64,000 nucleotides of DNA from the human T2T-CHM13v2.0 reference genome, Homo sapiens (GCF_009914755.1 NC_060928.1), one strand, 5' to 3'. Positions 30,511 to 43,287 are shown, numbered from the stretch's first letter. Translations and numbers: made by a program. Notes: a model not told the origin generated them from the letters alone.

Positions 30511-31525
30511 TTACAATTTGGCATGTTTTTGCAGTGGCTGGTACCAGTTGTTCCTTTCCATGTTTAGTGCTTCCTTCAGGAGCTCTTTTAGGGCAGGCCT
30601 GGCGGTGACAGAATCTCTTAGCATTTGCTTGTCTGTAGAGGATTTTATTTTTCCTTCACTTATGAAGCTTAGTTTGGCTGGACATGAAATTATCAGTTGA
30701 AAATTCTTTTCTTTAAGAATGTTGAATATTGGCCCCCACTCTCTTCTGGCTTGTAGGGTTTCTGCCAAGAGATCTGCTGTTAGTCTGATAGGCTTCCCTT
30801 TGTGGGTTACCTGACCTGTCTCTCTGGCTGCCCTTAACATTTTTTCCCTCATTTCAACCTTGGTGAATCTGACAACTATGTGTCTTGGGGTTGCTCTTCT
30901 AAGAGGAGTATCTTTGCGGTGTTCTCTGTGTTTCCTGAATTTGAATGTTAGCCTGCTTTGCTAGGTTGGGGAAGTCCTCCTGGATAATATCCTGAAGAGT
31001 GTTTTCCAAATTGGTTCCATTCTCCCCATCACTTTCAGGTACACCAATCAAACATAGATTTAATCTTTTGACATAGTCCCATATTTCTTGGAGGTTTTTT
31101 CTTTTCTTTTTACTCTTTTTTCTCTAACTTTGTCTTCTCACTTTATTTCATTAATTTGATCTTCAATCACTGATATCCTTTCTTCCACTTGATCAAATTG
31201 GCTACTGAAGCTTGTGCATGTGTCACGAAGTTCTTGTGCCATGGTTTTCTGCTCTATCAGGTCATTTAAAGTTTTCTCTACACTGTTTATTCTAGCTAGC
31301 CATTCATCTAACCTTTTTTCAAGGTTCCTTGCAATGGGTTAGAACATGCTCCTTTAGCTCTGAGAAGTTTATTACAGACCTTCTGAAGCCTACTTCTATC
31401 AACTTCTGAAAGCCCTTCTCCATCCAGCTTTGATCCACTGCTGGCGAGGAGCTGTGATCCTTTGGAGGAGAAGAGGCACTCTGGTTTTTAGAATTTTCAA
31501 CTTTTCTGCCCTGGTTTCTCCCCAT
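30511..31525 (-). pseudogene. L1 ORF1p, disrupted
   Basis: N-terminus MGRNQGRKVENSKNQSASSPPKD and C-terminus KGKPIRLTADL...NWYQPLQKHAKL lie in separate ORFs. Confidence 0.93.
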
Positions 31526-34500
31526 CTTTGTGGTTTTATCTACCTTGGTCTTTGATGTTGGTGACCTACAGATGGGGTTTTGGTGTAGATGTCCTTTTTG
31601 TTGATGTTGATGCTATTCCTTTCTGTTTGTTAGTTTTCCTCCTAACAGTCAGGTCCCTCAGCTGCAGGTCTGTTGGAGTTTGCTGGAGGTCCACTCCAGA
31701 CCGTTTGCTTGGGTATCACCAGCAGAGGCTGCAGAACAGCAAATATTGCAGAACAGCAAATATTGCTGCCTGATCCTTCCTCTGGAAGCTTCTTCCCAGA
31801 GGGGCACCCGCCTATATGAGGTATCTGTCAGTTCTTACTGGGAGGTGTCTCCCAGTTAGGCTACATGGGGGTCAGGGACCCACTTGAGGAGGCAGTCTGT
31901 CCGTTCTCAGAGCTCAAATGCCGTGCTGGGAGAACCACTGCTCTCTTCAGAGCTGTCAGACAGGGATGTTTAAGTCTGCAGAAGTTGTTTGCTGCCTTTT
32001 GTTATGCTATGCCCTGCCCACAGAGGTAGAGTCTATAGAGGCAATAGGCCTTGCTGAGCTGTGGTGGGCTCTGCCCAGTTCAAGCTTCCCAGCCACTTTG
32101 TTTACCTACTCAAGCCTCATCAATGGTGGACACCCCTCCCCTAGCCAGGCTGCCACTTCTCAGTTTGATCTCAGACTGCTGTGCTGGCAGTGAGCAAGGC
32201 TCTGTGGGCCTGTGACCCACCGAGCCAGGCATGGGAGAGAATCTCCTTGTCTGCCAGTTGCTAAGACCTTGGGAAAAGAGCAGTATTTGGGCAGGAGTGT
32301 CCTGTTTTTCCAGGTACAGTCAGTCACAGCTTCCCTTTGCTAGGAAAGGGAAATCCCCTGTCCCCTTGTGCTTTCCTGGTGAGTTGACACCCCACCCTGC
32401 TTTGGCTCACCCTCCGTGGGCTGCACCCACTGTCTAACCAGTCTCAATGAGATGAACCAGTACCTCAGTTGGAAATGCAGAAATCACCCATTTTCTGAGT
32501 TGATCAGACTGGGAGCTGCAGACCAGAGCTGTTCCTATTTGGCCACCTTGGAGCGGTCTCCTCCTCTTTCTAAAATCTGTCTTGGTGATGAGCCTCTGCC
32601 ACAGAAAAACCAGCTAGAGAAAATTTTGCTGAGTGAAAAATATCACATGAGAAGAAAAAATGTTTGCAATGAAGGCAGGGAGAAGTAGGTATTTCAAATA
32701 TAGGCAGTGTGAAAGGATAATAATAATTTACGAAATGCTGCAGCCCATCTTGATTCTCGAGGAAGTGTTTTGAGTCCCCAGATTGGCCCTGGAAAGCGGG
32801 TCTTATGGAGGCTCCATTGCTTGCAGCCCCAGCAACTCTTGGGAATATGGAAATTTAGGAGTTTTACTGTGGTGCGATGATTATCATAATTAGTCTGAGG
32901 ATCTAGGATCAGGCCCATCAGGCATCAGGAGGCAGTGGGAGAGTTGAGAGGATTAAGCTTCTTCCAGCTCCTCTTTGTTTTCTTCATTCTTAATCAGCAA
33001 ACTAACTTGAGCATAAAGGAAAAATGATTTTGGCAATATGGTGAACTCACCTCTCTGGCCATAAGTAGAAAAAAGTATACAAAAAGAAAGCTATGCATAT
33101 CCAGCAGTTTTTGCTCAGTTTTTACATTAACTAGCTTAGATCAGCATTCATGTGATATTTAAATTTCCTTCTGGAAGCAACAATAAGTAGCAAATTTATT
33201 CATTCACAAATTTTTCTATTTTCTCATTCATTTAACAAATATATTTAGCACACCTACTATGTATTAGAGATGTACTGCTAGTGGGAATACAGTAGAAATA
33301 CAATGATTAATTAACAAGAAAACACAATATGTGCCTTCATTTAGTCAGTAAAACCAGACTAACACAGTAAAATAAGTGTCCTTACCATTTCACTCTTAAG
33401 TATAATATTTTATGCCAGTTTTTGATAACTACTCATTGAAAGTTAAATGAACTTGTTGGGCTAGCTTGGTAAATGTTATGATTTTTATTATTTTCTACAG
33501 AGAAAATATTTTCTAATTTATTTTGGAGCTATCTGTGCAGTGGTTTCTCTAGAGTTGTACATAAATGTTTCACTATAAAATGAACTAATATGTAAAATAC
33601 TACTCTATATCATAATAAACATAGAAATACTGTGAAAAAAAAACAGAAAATTGACCTGCTAAAAGTCTTTTTCATGTTAGCTTACTATGGGTCTGTGATG
33701 AGGAATAAATACTACATTTTACTGTCATTTCAGCATCCATTGATAAGTTTTGTTTTCCATGAATCTAACCATTCTTACATATTATTATCAGTTGTTGCTT
33801 AGTGTGTTAAAACTCATTAATGTTCTCCTGCCAGATAGATTGTGTCTTGTGACATTATAAAGACATAAATTGATAGATTGATTGATGCCTTGACTTTGAC
33901 CATATCAGGGTGTGGTGGCAGCCCTCTTGCTCTAGGTACATGAATCCCCATGTGGATTTCCCCCAGCTATTGAGTGGAGGTAAGGATGTATGGACAGGTG
34001 AACCTGAGTTTGCATTGCACAAGCAGGAAACAAGATGACTGTGTGATGACCCTTTCAATTGAGAAATAGAAAAAGGTTTATCCTGGAGATAAAACAGGTT
34101 CAGAGAATTTTACTGCTCTGCAGAGCTTTTTCCTGTTTTTATTTTTTTAAAAAAACACTTAATCCATAACAGTAGCCTAGATAATATTGCTACTTTTCTC
34201 TCTGGCCTTATGCTGAGAATCTTCATGGTGGTCTCCCACTCTACTTTGAAATCTTTCTTTTCTTGAAGTTGACACTGTGGCTGGATGTTTCACATTTGTT
34301 GATGTTGGTAGAGAAATCATTATATTATGGAACCAACAGTCCCATGGCCTTCACCCATTTCCAGCCTCTGCTTGTTTGCATTTGGATTTTCCTTACAGGA
34401 CTGAAATAGAAAAAATTATGATGCTCTCTCTCTCTTGAAGTTTCTGTTGATCAGAAGATCTTTATTCCAGGTGTTGTTTTTTTAATTATTAATTTGATTC

Positions 34501-36170
34501 CATTTGATTCATAACTTCCATAAATTTCACTAAAAATCCCTTCCTGTTTTCTAACACTAATATTATTTTACTCTTATTTTTCTATTTTCACTTGATACTA
34601 GGAGTAAACTTAGGTAAACATGGGCTCCGTCGTTCATCTTGGACTCTTTCTTATTTTTATTTTTACTTTCTTTGGCCCTTAAGTGCAGAGAGGTAAGTTA
34701 ATCACACTCATCATTTCAAGGCCAGCTATCATCATTTTCTATGCAAGGCCTTTTAGATTTTATTTTTTGGTATTATTGATATGTGAGTGTTGTTTTCTCC
34801 TTTATGCAGATGCCTGCTCCCATTTTATGCCACACTGCTGGCACCCACCAGAGTTGTTTTTTTTCTTTTCTTTTTTCATTTATTTTCATAATTCATTAAC
34901 CTCTGGCTTGCATTTCTCACTTTCCTAAGGTTAGATCTTAGGGAAGAGGCCATACTATTTTGTCATTTTGTCAGAAACAGAAGGTGAGAAAAACAGATGT
35001 ATCAACATAAATAGCTACGTAGCTTAAGTTTGAGCCCAAGGTTGCTATAGTGCTGTGTCCCCAGTGAGGTAGTTTACTCAGAAGTGTGTCTCCAGACATG
35101 CTGAAGAAAATTTTATTCCTTATTAGACTGATATTTATTTGATATGTGCTGAAGAAGGATCTAGAAAACAAATTTTAATAACTTTGATCTAGCTTCTGAA
35201 AGAGAACATTCAAAGGAATTACAACGTGATGATTCTTAGGAAACAACATTGTCCAAGCCTCTCACCATTCTGAATGTCCCCGTAGGACAGAAGCTGTTTG
35301 GAAGCCTCATTGACGTTTGTGATTTTAGACACTCTGTGCTTTCCAAAAAAATGTATAGAGCAGACGCGATTTGACATGAACTTAAAACTCACACATGGTG
35401 TTGGCACTGTGGCTTTATAAGCTCACGGGTATCCAGGGACAATTACATGAAGGATGTTTACTATAACTCTATTCTTAATGAGCCAAGCAGGCTAACTACT
35501 CAGTGCTTCACATGAGGCATTACATTATGAAAGACTACAGCAGCAATTTACTAAACAGTACATTAGAGACCTAAGTTCGTGCATCTCTCTAGTGACTAAT
35601 TTGCTACTCCAAAATAAACGAAACTCCACCCGTACCAGGCAAATACTACATGTGTGGGGCCCTGAAATGGCTTGTTTGATTCTGCTATCTACAGAGCTAG
35701 AGAATTATTCATTAATATGTATTTGTTAGCTTTGGTTAGAAATGTAAAAATAAAACTGAAAATTTTATTAACAACTGTGATAAGGTATTTTAGAATTTCT
35801 GTTTGAAATAAAGACTATTTCCCTAGCTATACATGATCTTTATTCCAATAGAATTTCTAGAAACTTTGTGTTTTTTTTTTCTGGATTGGGTTGAAAAATG
35901 AGTTTATTTAAATGTTATATTATGAATTCACAAGTTTTATAAGCATATCAATCATATATAATGACCTTAGATATCAGGCAGAAAAACAACTCTATCCCCA
36001 GAACTGTAACACGCTTTCCTTCTCAGTAATGGGATTACTTTTCTTATCATTTTGTGGCACTTTCACAGTAACAACAAAGTAACAACACAGTAACAACAAA
36101 GATCTCATTTTAGTACATTAATAAGCAAAATCATTGGTCTGAATCATTATAGTTAGTTCACCTTTGAGAT

Positions 36171-36548
36171 TTCTTAGTTCCCTTCCCTTCCCTTCCCTTC
36201 CCTTCCCTTCCCTTCCCTCCCTTCCCCTCCCCTCCCCTCCACTCCCCTCCCCTCTCCTCTCTTCCCCTCCCCTTTCCTTCCCTTCTCTTCCTTCTTTACT
36301 TCCCTTACGTCTTTCCTTCCCTCTTTCGTTTCTTACCTCTTCCCTTCCCTTTCCTTTTTTTCCCTTCCCTCTTTCCTTCCCTTTCCATTTCCTTCCCTGT
36401 TTTCTTCCTTTTTTTTCTGTTTTCTTCCTGTGCATTTTTTCCTTCTTCCTCCCTCCCTCCTTTCCTTTCTTCCTCCCTCCCTTCCTCTTTCCTTTTCTTC
36501 CTTTATTCTTTCCCTATTTCTTCTTTTCCTTTCTTTCTGTTTTTTTCT
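36171..36548. repeat. Polypyrimidine/polypurine tract, (CCCTT)n grading into CT-rich low complexity
   Basis: Directly visible; only a handful of purines on the + strand. Confidence 0.95.
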
Positions 36549-37769
36549 TAAAGAAAAAGGTCCCAAGCCAAGCCGGATCTGCCATGATGCAGGTTCTGGC
36601 ATTGGCATCCCCACTGCCCTCATTGTATTGCTTAGGGAAAGGCTGACATTCTTCCAGATCTGGATATGCCTGGGGTTCCAGTTACTGGAGGCTGGAGCTC
36701 CTGGGCCAAAGGGCATTCTGGAGTTTGGAACCAAATCAGCAGTTCACGGAATGGCCTGAGCCTGGTGGTGACCTCACAGTTTCAGAGAGAAACTGGGAGG
36801 AACTGTGCTGTCAACAACAGGAAGTTGATGAAAAATGAAAGAAGCCCTTGGGGAGTGAAATGAAGAGCAGATGGCTTTAATTGTTAGCCTTGCTGTGACA
36901 ACTGACAAGAGAAATTCTGCTCTCTTGACATTTAAAAGATACCAGAAATACCAGTGACCACATTCCATAGCTTCTTGAAGGTTTCCATGTCAAGGAGTTC
37001 AAACTCCTCTCTATTTTCATTATTGAACAGTCCATAAAAACTGCAGGTGATAAGATCCCTGATGGGTTAGCACTCTAAGAGTTTGATAAGGCACTGAGTG
37101 CACGCAGTATAAGGGAGTGGGAAGTCACGGTGAAGGGAGGCGCCTATGCAGGGAAGTTCTGAGTGATTTATAATCTAGGCTGCTGCAAGGAAAACAAGCT
37201 CAGGTGGAAATCAAGAGCTGTCTCTATAAGCTCAGTGGATTTTCTTTTATTCCTGTGACTATAGAAATCCAGTTTAAATCTGTAGTTGTCATATTGTGGA
37301 ATAGTCCTTTGTTAAAAAAAAAGATTTCTATGAAACCTTTAAAGAAATGAAGTAAAAGAGAAATGAATGTTAACACAGAGATATGCTGCCTTATTTGCAC
37401 AGTCAACTCATTTGTAAGAATTAGAATCCTGAACTATAGAAGGTGGCAAATGCAGATCCTGTGTATGGAGCATCTTAAGGTACCAGAAAAAAACACATAC
37501 ACGCTTCATGCTGAGAGGTGGATACTCTGTTATTACATCAATATGTAATTATTCGGTTGAATGTTTCTGATGCATTCTAAGTATTAACCAAATCTTTTTC
37601 TTCTCTGGTGATATAAAACAGAAACATTTCCCCATGACTGAAATCTTAATTAGGGCTACTAAATTAAGACTTAAATGTGAAAGATGAGTTTTGTTCTTTA
37701 GCCAGATCCTATGGCATCTCTATGACAATTACCACTACGTTTTCTAGTTTTTCATTGTGACTCTCATAT

Positions 37770-38024
37770 AGAAATCTCCTAGCTCCCTCACCCCTAGGTG
37801 AGATAATTCTGAATATGTTCTGCACTGGCTCCCCACAGAGCTCCCCGGCAGGACTGACTGAGCTCCAGTTACCCACACTGATAACTTGCTTGAAAATTAA
37901 TCCTTCATTGGCTTCCCTCTCTCCCACTACTCAATTCCCTATTACTCTAGTTGTATTTATTCATCTCACCTTTTGCTTGAAATGAAATCTTTGAGTTGGC
38001 TTCTGGAAGAACCTAACATAAAAC
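37770..38024 (+). mobile_element. LTR16-like ERVL LTR 3' part
   Basis: GATAATTCTGA...GAGCTCCAGTTACCCACACTGATAACTTGCTTG...TGGCTTCTGGAAGAACCTAACATAAAAC. Confidence 0.65.
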
Positions 38025-38514
38025 CCCTTTCCTGATGTACACACCCATTCCATGCAGTGCTTTTATACTGTGTTCCTGCATGGAGTTCTCATCACACCCT
38101 ATTTTAAGCATTTGTTTATTTGCTCTCATTTTTCATTACACTATGTACTTTTTGAAGTTAAGAAATGTGATTTAACTCTCCATATTTGGATCCAAACAAT
38201 GGATGGCATCCAGTTGGTGCTTATAAATGTTGTTGAAGGGGTGAACATTTTTCTGTCTCTGTTGTCCTTCTGACCCACTCAGTCACAGGTTTTGGCATTT
38301 CTTTCATTTCTCCTGCCCAAGCTTTCCTCTCCTCTCACCATTACCCTGGCTCAGGCCCTTACCATTTTGTGAATAAACTACTGTAATAGTTTCCTACTCG
38401 CCGTCCTAGACTCCAATCTCAGGTGTCTATTTACACCAGACTCCAAACCACAGGACAACTAACCCTCCAAAAATACCAGTTTCATTTTCTCTCTCCCTTC
38501 CTTAAAATGTCCAG

Positions 38515-38516
<2 letters not shown>

Positions 38517-38554
<38 letters not shown>

Positions 38555-38582
38555 ATATATGTATACATATACATATATATGT
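38517..38582. repeat. (CA)n microsatellite followed by TA-rich repeat
   Basis: About 16 CA units, directly visible. Confidence 0.95.
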
Positions 38583-38901
38583 ATTTTTATTTTAGTCTAA
38601 CCTGCATTTTATCATAGTCTAGCATTTTGTTAACATTTTTATCCATAGTGTTTTCTTTGTAGCTAGACAAAAGTTACATATTGCAGATGAGGTATATTAT
38701 TGCGGTAAATGTCAGAGGCCCGAGACACAGACTGCCTGTTTAATCCTAGGTTTACCCTGTGTTGAGTTGAGTGATGGCCCTCAAAAGACAGAAGGTCGTA
38801 ATCTCTGGAAACCAGTGAGTTACCTTATAAAGTTTTCACAGAGGTGATTAAATGAAGGCTGTTGAGATGAGGGGATTATTCTGGATTATCCTATCAGGTG
38901 C

Positions 38902-39304
38902 TTTTATAGGCTGAATTGCGTTCCCCCAGATTCATATGGTAAAATCCTAATCTTCGTCCTTCAGATTATGACTGTATTGGGACAGAAGGCCTTTAAGAAG
39001 ATAACTAAGTTTAAATGAGGCTGTTGGGTTGGCACCTAACCTAATATAACTAGTGTCCTCATAAGAAGAGAAGATTAGCACACATAAAGAGACACCAGGG
39101 ATGGGTTTAGGCAGAGGAAAGATCTTGTGAGGATACAGCAAGAAGACAGCCTTCTGCAAGCCAAGAAGAGAGGCCTCAGAAGAAACCAAACCTTTCCACA
39201 TCTTGAGCTTGGACTTCCAGCCTCCAGAACTGAGAAAATAAATATCAGTTGTCTAAACTACCAAGTTTGGTATTTTGTTATGGCTACCTTAACAAACTAA
39301 CGTA
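38902..39304 (+). mobile_element. MLT1A-like LTR (nested)
   Basis: TATAGGCTGAATTGCGTTCCCCCAGATTCATATG...GACACCAGGGATG...CTGCAAGCCAAGAAGAGAGGCCTCAG...AAACTAACGTA. Confidence 0.8.
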
Positions 39305-39383
39305 GGCCATCAAGAGTGTCTTTATAAGACAGACACAGAGAGATTAGACACACACATCTCAGAGAAGGTGCTATGAAGATAAA

Positions 39384-39763
39384 TGTATTAGTCTGTTCTC
39401 ATGCTGCTAATGAAGAGATACTGGAGACTGGGCAATTTATAAAGAAAGAAGTTTAATTGACTCACAGTTCAGCATGGCTGAGGAGGCCTCAGAAAACTTT
39501 CAATCATGGCGGAAAGGAAAGCAAATATGTCCTTCTTCACATGGTGGCAGAAAGGAGAAGAAGAATGAGTGCCAAGCCAAGGGGGAAGCCCCTTATAAAA
39601 CCATCAGGTCTTCTGAGAACTCACTCACTATCGTGAGAACAGCATGCGGAAACTGCCTCCATGATCTAATTACCTCCCACCAGGTCCCTCCCATGACATC
39701 TGGGGATTATGGGAACTACAGTTCAAAATGAGATTTGGTTGGGGACACAGCCAAACCCTTTCA
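39384..39763 (-). mobile_element. THE1C/D LTR (nested)
   Basis: TGTATTAGTCTGTTCTCATGCTGCTAAT...GGGGACACAGCCAAACCCTTTCA, 380 bp, with a 5-bp TSD ATAAA/ATTAA. Confidence 0.88.
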
Positions 39764-40330
39764 ATTAAGTAATGAGAAATTCGAAGATGCTGGCCTTGAA
39801 GATGAGAGTAATGTGTCCACAAACCAAAAAATACTAGCAACCATCAAAAACTGGAAGAGGCAGGCATCGGAATCTCTCCTAGAGCCTCTGGAGACAGGGC
39901 GGCCCTGTCACCCCTTGATTTTGGCACAGCGATAGTGTTTTCAGACTCTGGGCCTCCAATAATTAAAGAAAATAAATTTCTGTTTTTGTAATCCACCAAG
40001 TTTGTGTTACTTTATTACAGCAGCTATAAGTAATTAATATAGACTCCTTACTAGGTGTAATCTGGGGCAATTATATTAATCTCTCCAAGCCTCAGTTTTT
40101 TCATCCGTAAAGTGTTTCCTTATCTCACAGCATTATCTAAAGACTAGATGACTTAATGTTTGCAGAATCCTTAGAATATGTTTGGCACATCCTGAACATT
40201 CAATAAAAGTTACTTTATTCTTTATTTTGAAGAAGATCAATGACTTCTGCATATACTTTAATACTGCGTAAGATATCTTTGCATTACATACTTTATGATT
40301 AGAATTTCAATTTAACAATTATTTATTGTG

Positions 40331-40613
40331 GGCCAGGTGCAGTGGTTCATGTCTGTAATCCCAACATTTTAGGAGGCCAAGATGGGCAGATCACTGAAGG
40401 TTGGGGGTTCAAGACCAGCCTGGCCAACATGTGAAACCCCATCTCTACTAAAAATACAAAAAAGTTAGCTGGTCATGGTGGCAGGTGCCTGTAATTTCAG
40501 CTACTCAGGAGGCTGAGGCAGGAGAACTGCTTGAACCTGGGAGGCGGATGTTACAGTATCATGCCACTGCATTCCAACCTGGGAGACAGAGAGAGATTCC
40601 ATCTTGAAAAAAA
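40331..40613 (+). mobile_element. AluS (Sx/Sz-like)
   Basis: Dimer with a small deletion in the right arm. A 13-bp TSD ATTATTTATTGTG lies at 40318-40330 and 40617-40629. Confidence 0.92.
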
Positions 40614-40658
40614 GTTATTATTTATTGTGCACCATCTACTTATCTACTTACAGACTAG

Positions 40659-41023
40659 TGCTATAATCTGAATGTATTTTCCAGCATTTATATGTTAAAA
40701 TTTAATTGCTAATGTAATAGTGTTAAGAGGTAGAGCCTGTAGGAAGTGATAAAGTCATGAGAGCAGATCCTGAGATGGGATTAGGGCCTTCATTAAAGGG
40801 CATCAGAAAATGGGTGCATTCACTTTTGCTCTTCCACCATGTGTGGACACAGCAACAAAGCACCACCTTGAAACAGAGACAGCAGCCCTCACCAGAAACC
40901 AAATCTGTTGGCACCTTGATCTTGGACTTCTCAGCCTTCTTAACTGTGAGAAATACATTTCTACTGTTTAGAAAGTACCCGGTCTGTGGTATTTTGTTAT
41001 AGCAGCAGGAATAGACTAAAACA
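40659..41023 (+). mobile_element. MSTD-like MaLR LTR
   Basis: TGCTATAATCTGAATGT...GTGTTAAGAGGTAGAGCC...ATAGACTAAAACA, with TSD ACTAG/ATTAG. Confidence 0.82.
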
Positions 41024-42327
41024 ATTAGGTTCCAAACAGAATAAAAAATGTTGACTGACCTCAATGACTATGTAACACTACAGTCATTTTTAACTTATTC
41101 AGGGTGAAAGAAAAAAAAACAGTTACTTTTTTTTTTCAGGTTTCAGAACTTGAATACTTAACTATATAATATGTGGTATATATAGATATTTCTTTGTAAG
41201 AATCAATGAGTTGAGCAAATGTGTGCCTTTGAAATATTTTCATCTTGCTCAAAGTAAAACAAATATTCCTATTTAGCCTTCCTTTATTTGTGGCAATTTT
41301 GCAAGAGGGAGGGATATGGAAGATCAGGTTCTTTTATGAATGATTTTGTAATTTCCTGGTTAGTTGCCTGTGTCCACCATTGAAGGTGAGTTGTGGAGAT
41401 TTATGCTGATCTAAGCCCAGTGTAGATTCACTCTAGCATTCAATATTCATTGAATACGTGAACAATGCTCTCAAGTACCTCTGGGTGAGTGTGCATGCTG
41501 CAACCTCTTAGACCCTGGTCAAAGAATAGCCAGGGCAGATGCGGTTGTCTCAAGAGGATTTTAATAAAATCATGCTTTCCTATTTATTGTTTGGTGGGAC
41601 TTTAATATGATATGCAAACTTCAAAAATAATAGCTGAAGAAAGTGAAGTAGAGGATTCTAGTTCTGATACAGAAACACTATGCCCTGGCATTCCTAAAGT
41701 TTAAAGTTGGTGACTATCAGGAAAGCAAATATTTCATGCAAGGGTAAGCCCTCTAATTGCGTTTGTGTTGAATGCTTGCCAGATCCGCATGTAGAGGGTT
41801 CCACAGGCGTATTTCTGATCTCACCTTCGCATCGGAGGCCATTTCAAAAGTGCCTGTGGGTGGAAGGAAAGAGGAGGAAAGTCAAAAAAGCACATGAGGA
41901 AAGGCGAGAGGTAGAGGGAATGAGGCAAGAAAAGGAACAAGTGAAACCCTCTTGGGAAGGGAAGCTGTGTTTCATTTTAGTTGCTTCGTTTGGACGGAAG
42001 CCTATAAGAGATTGAATAACATAAGAAAACATACTGCCGCCCTCTCTTCTCATTCTCTCTGAATGTATGTAGAATTGCACTAGTGAAACCAAGAATGAAA
42101 ACTCTCGGGAAAGCGTATTCTTTAATACTATGTTAATTATTTAAAACTTGTGCATAAAAATTAATTTTAAAATCCATACAATTTCATCTCTGAAAAATGT
42201 AATAATAAATTGCTTTTAATATTTTAGCAAAGATTAATTAAGTTAGTTGCTTGCTGGTAATTTTCCTTTCTTATTTTTTGGCAGGATTTGTAAAAAACAC
42301 ATTCTCATAAAAAACAAGAATATTGTT

Positions 42328-42612
<285 letters not shown>

Positions 42613-43039
42613 AATATTGTTTATGTGTTTGCTAAGTTACCATTACTATAAGATATAACAACATAAAATACACATTCAGAAAATATTTTAACACATAAAC
42701 AGTTTTAAATGAGGTCTCAAGACTTGCTTCATAATAGGCTTATTTTTAACACAATTATATGCTCAGCTTCATTTTTCTAATTGCCAAAGTGGGAGTAAAA
42801 ATTGTACTTATTTCATAAGGTTTTTGTGAGTATTAAGTGTGCATGACTCAGAATGGTGGCACATAGTAAGTACACAATATGTAAATATTAGCATCATTCA
42901 TATCTTTGAAAATGTTGCAATCTGATTAGAAAAAAAGAAATAAAAAGTAAAGATAAACAGTACATATTGTAGATTTAATTATCCATATGAACTTTTTGCA
43001 GAATTAATGGACAAGCAACATGGTTTTGATATAGATGTT

Positions 43040-43270
43040 TCATTCATTCATTCATTCAATAAATTCATTCAACATTTATTGAGCAGCTACTATGTGCTGA
43101 GCATTGTTCTAGGTGCTAGAGTTCCAGCAAGAGATAAAATGGAAACATTTTCACTTCCACAGAGCTAATATTTCAGTGCTGGAACACAGACAATAACCTA
43201 GTAAAAACTGAATAAACAGTATTACCAGACAGTATGATAAGTGCAAAAGAAGGCAAAGTAGGATAAGGGA
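43040..43270 (-). mobile_element. L2 3' end
   Basis: (CATT)n followed by CAACATTTATTGAGCAGCTACTATGTGCTGAGCATTGTTCTAGGTGCT. Confidence 0.8.
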
Positions 43271-43287
43271 ATAATTGAGAGAGTTGT

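Larger units (their letters stand above)
38758..40040 (+). mobile_element. MLT1C/D-like LTR split into three pieces by nested LTRs
   Basis: Pieces at about 38758-38898, 39305-39383 and 39764-40040 read as one colinear MLT1 LTR. MIR halves flank it. Confidence 0.7.

Noticed and set aside
31731-31766. 17-bp tandem duplication GCAGAACAGCAAATATT
   Set aside because: A similar doublet is part of the L1PA5/6 5'UTR consensus as I recall it.
36118-36759. 105-160-aa Pro/Phe/Ser-rich and Gly/Arg/Glu-rich ORFs
   Set aside because: They are artefacts of the stop-poor CT-rich tract.
41612-41704. 30-aa acidic sORF MQTSKIIAEESEVEDSSSDTETLCPGIPKV
   Set aside because: Its length is within chance expectation and I recognise no homologue.
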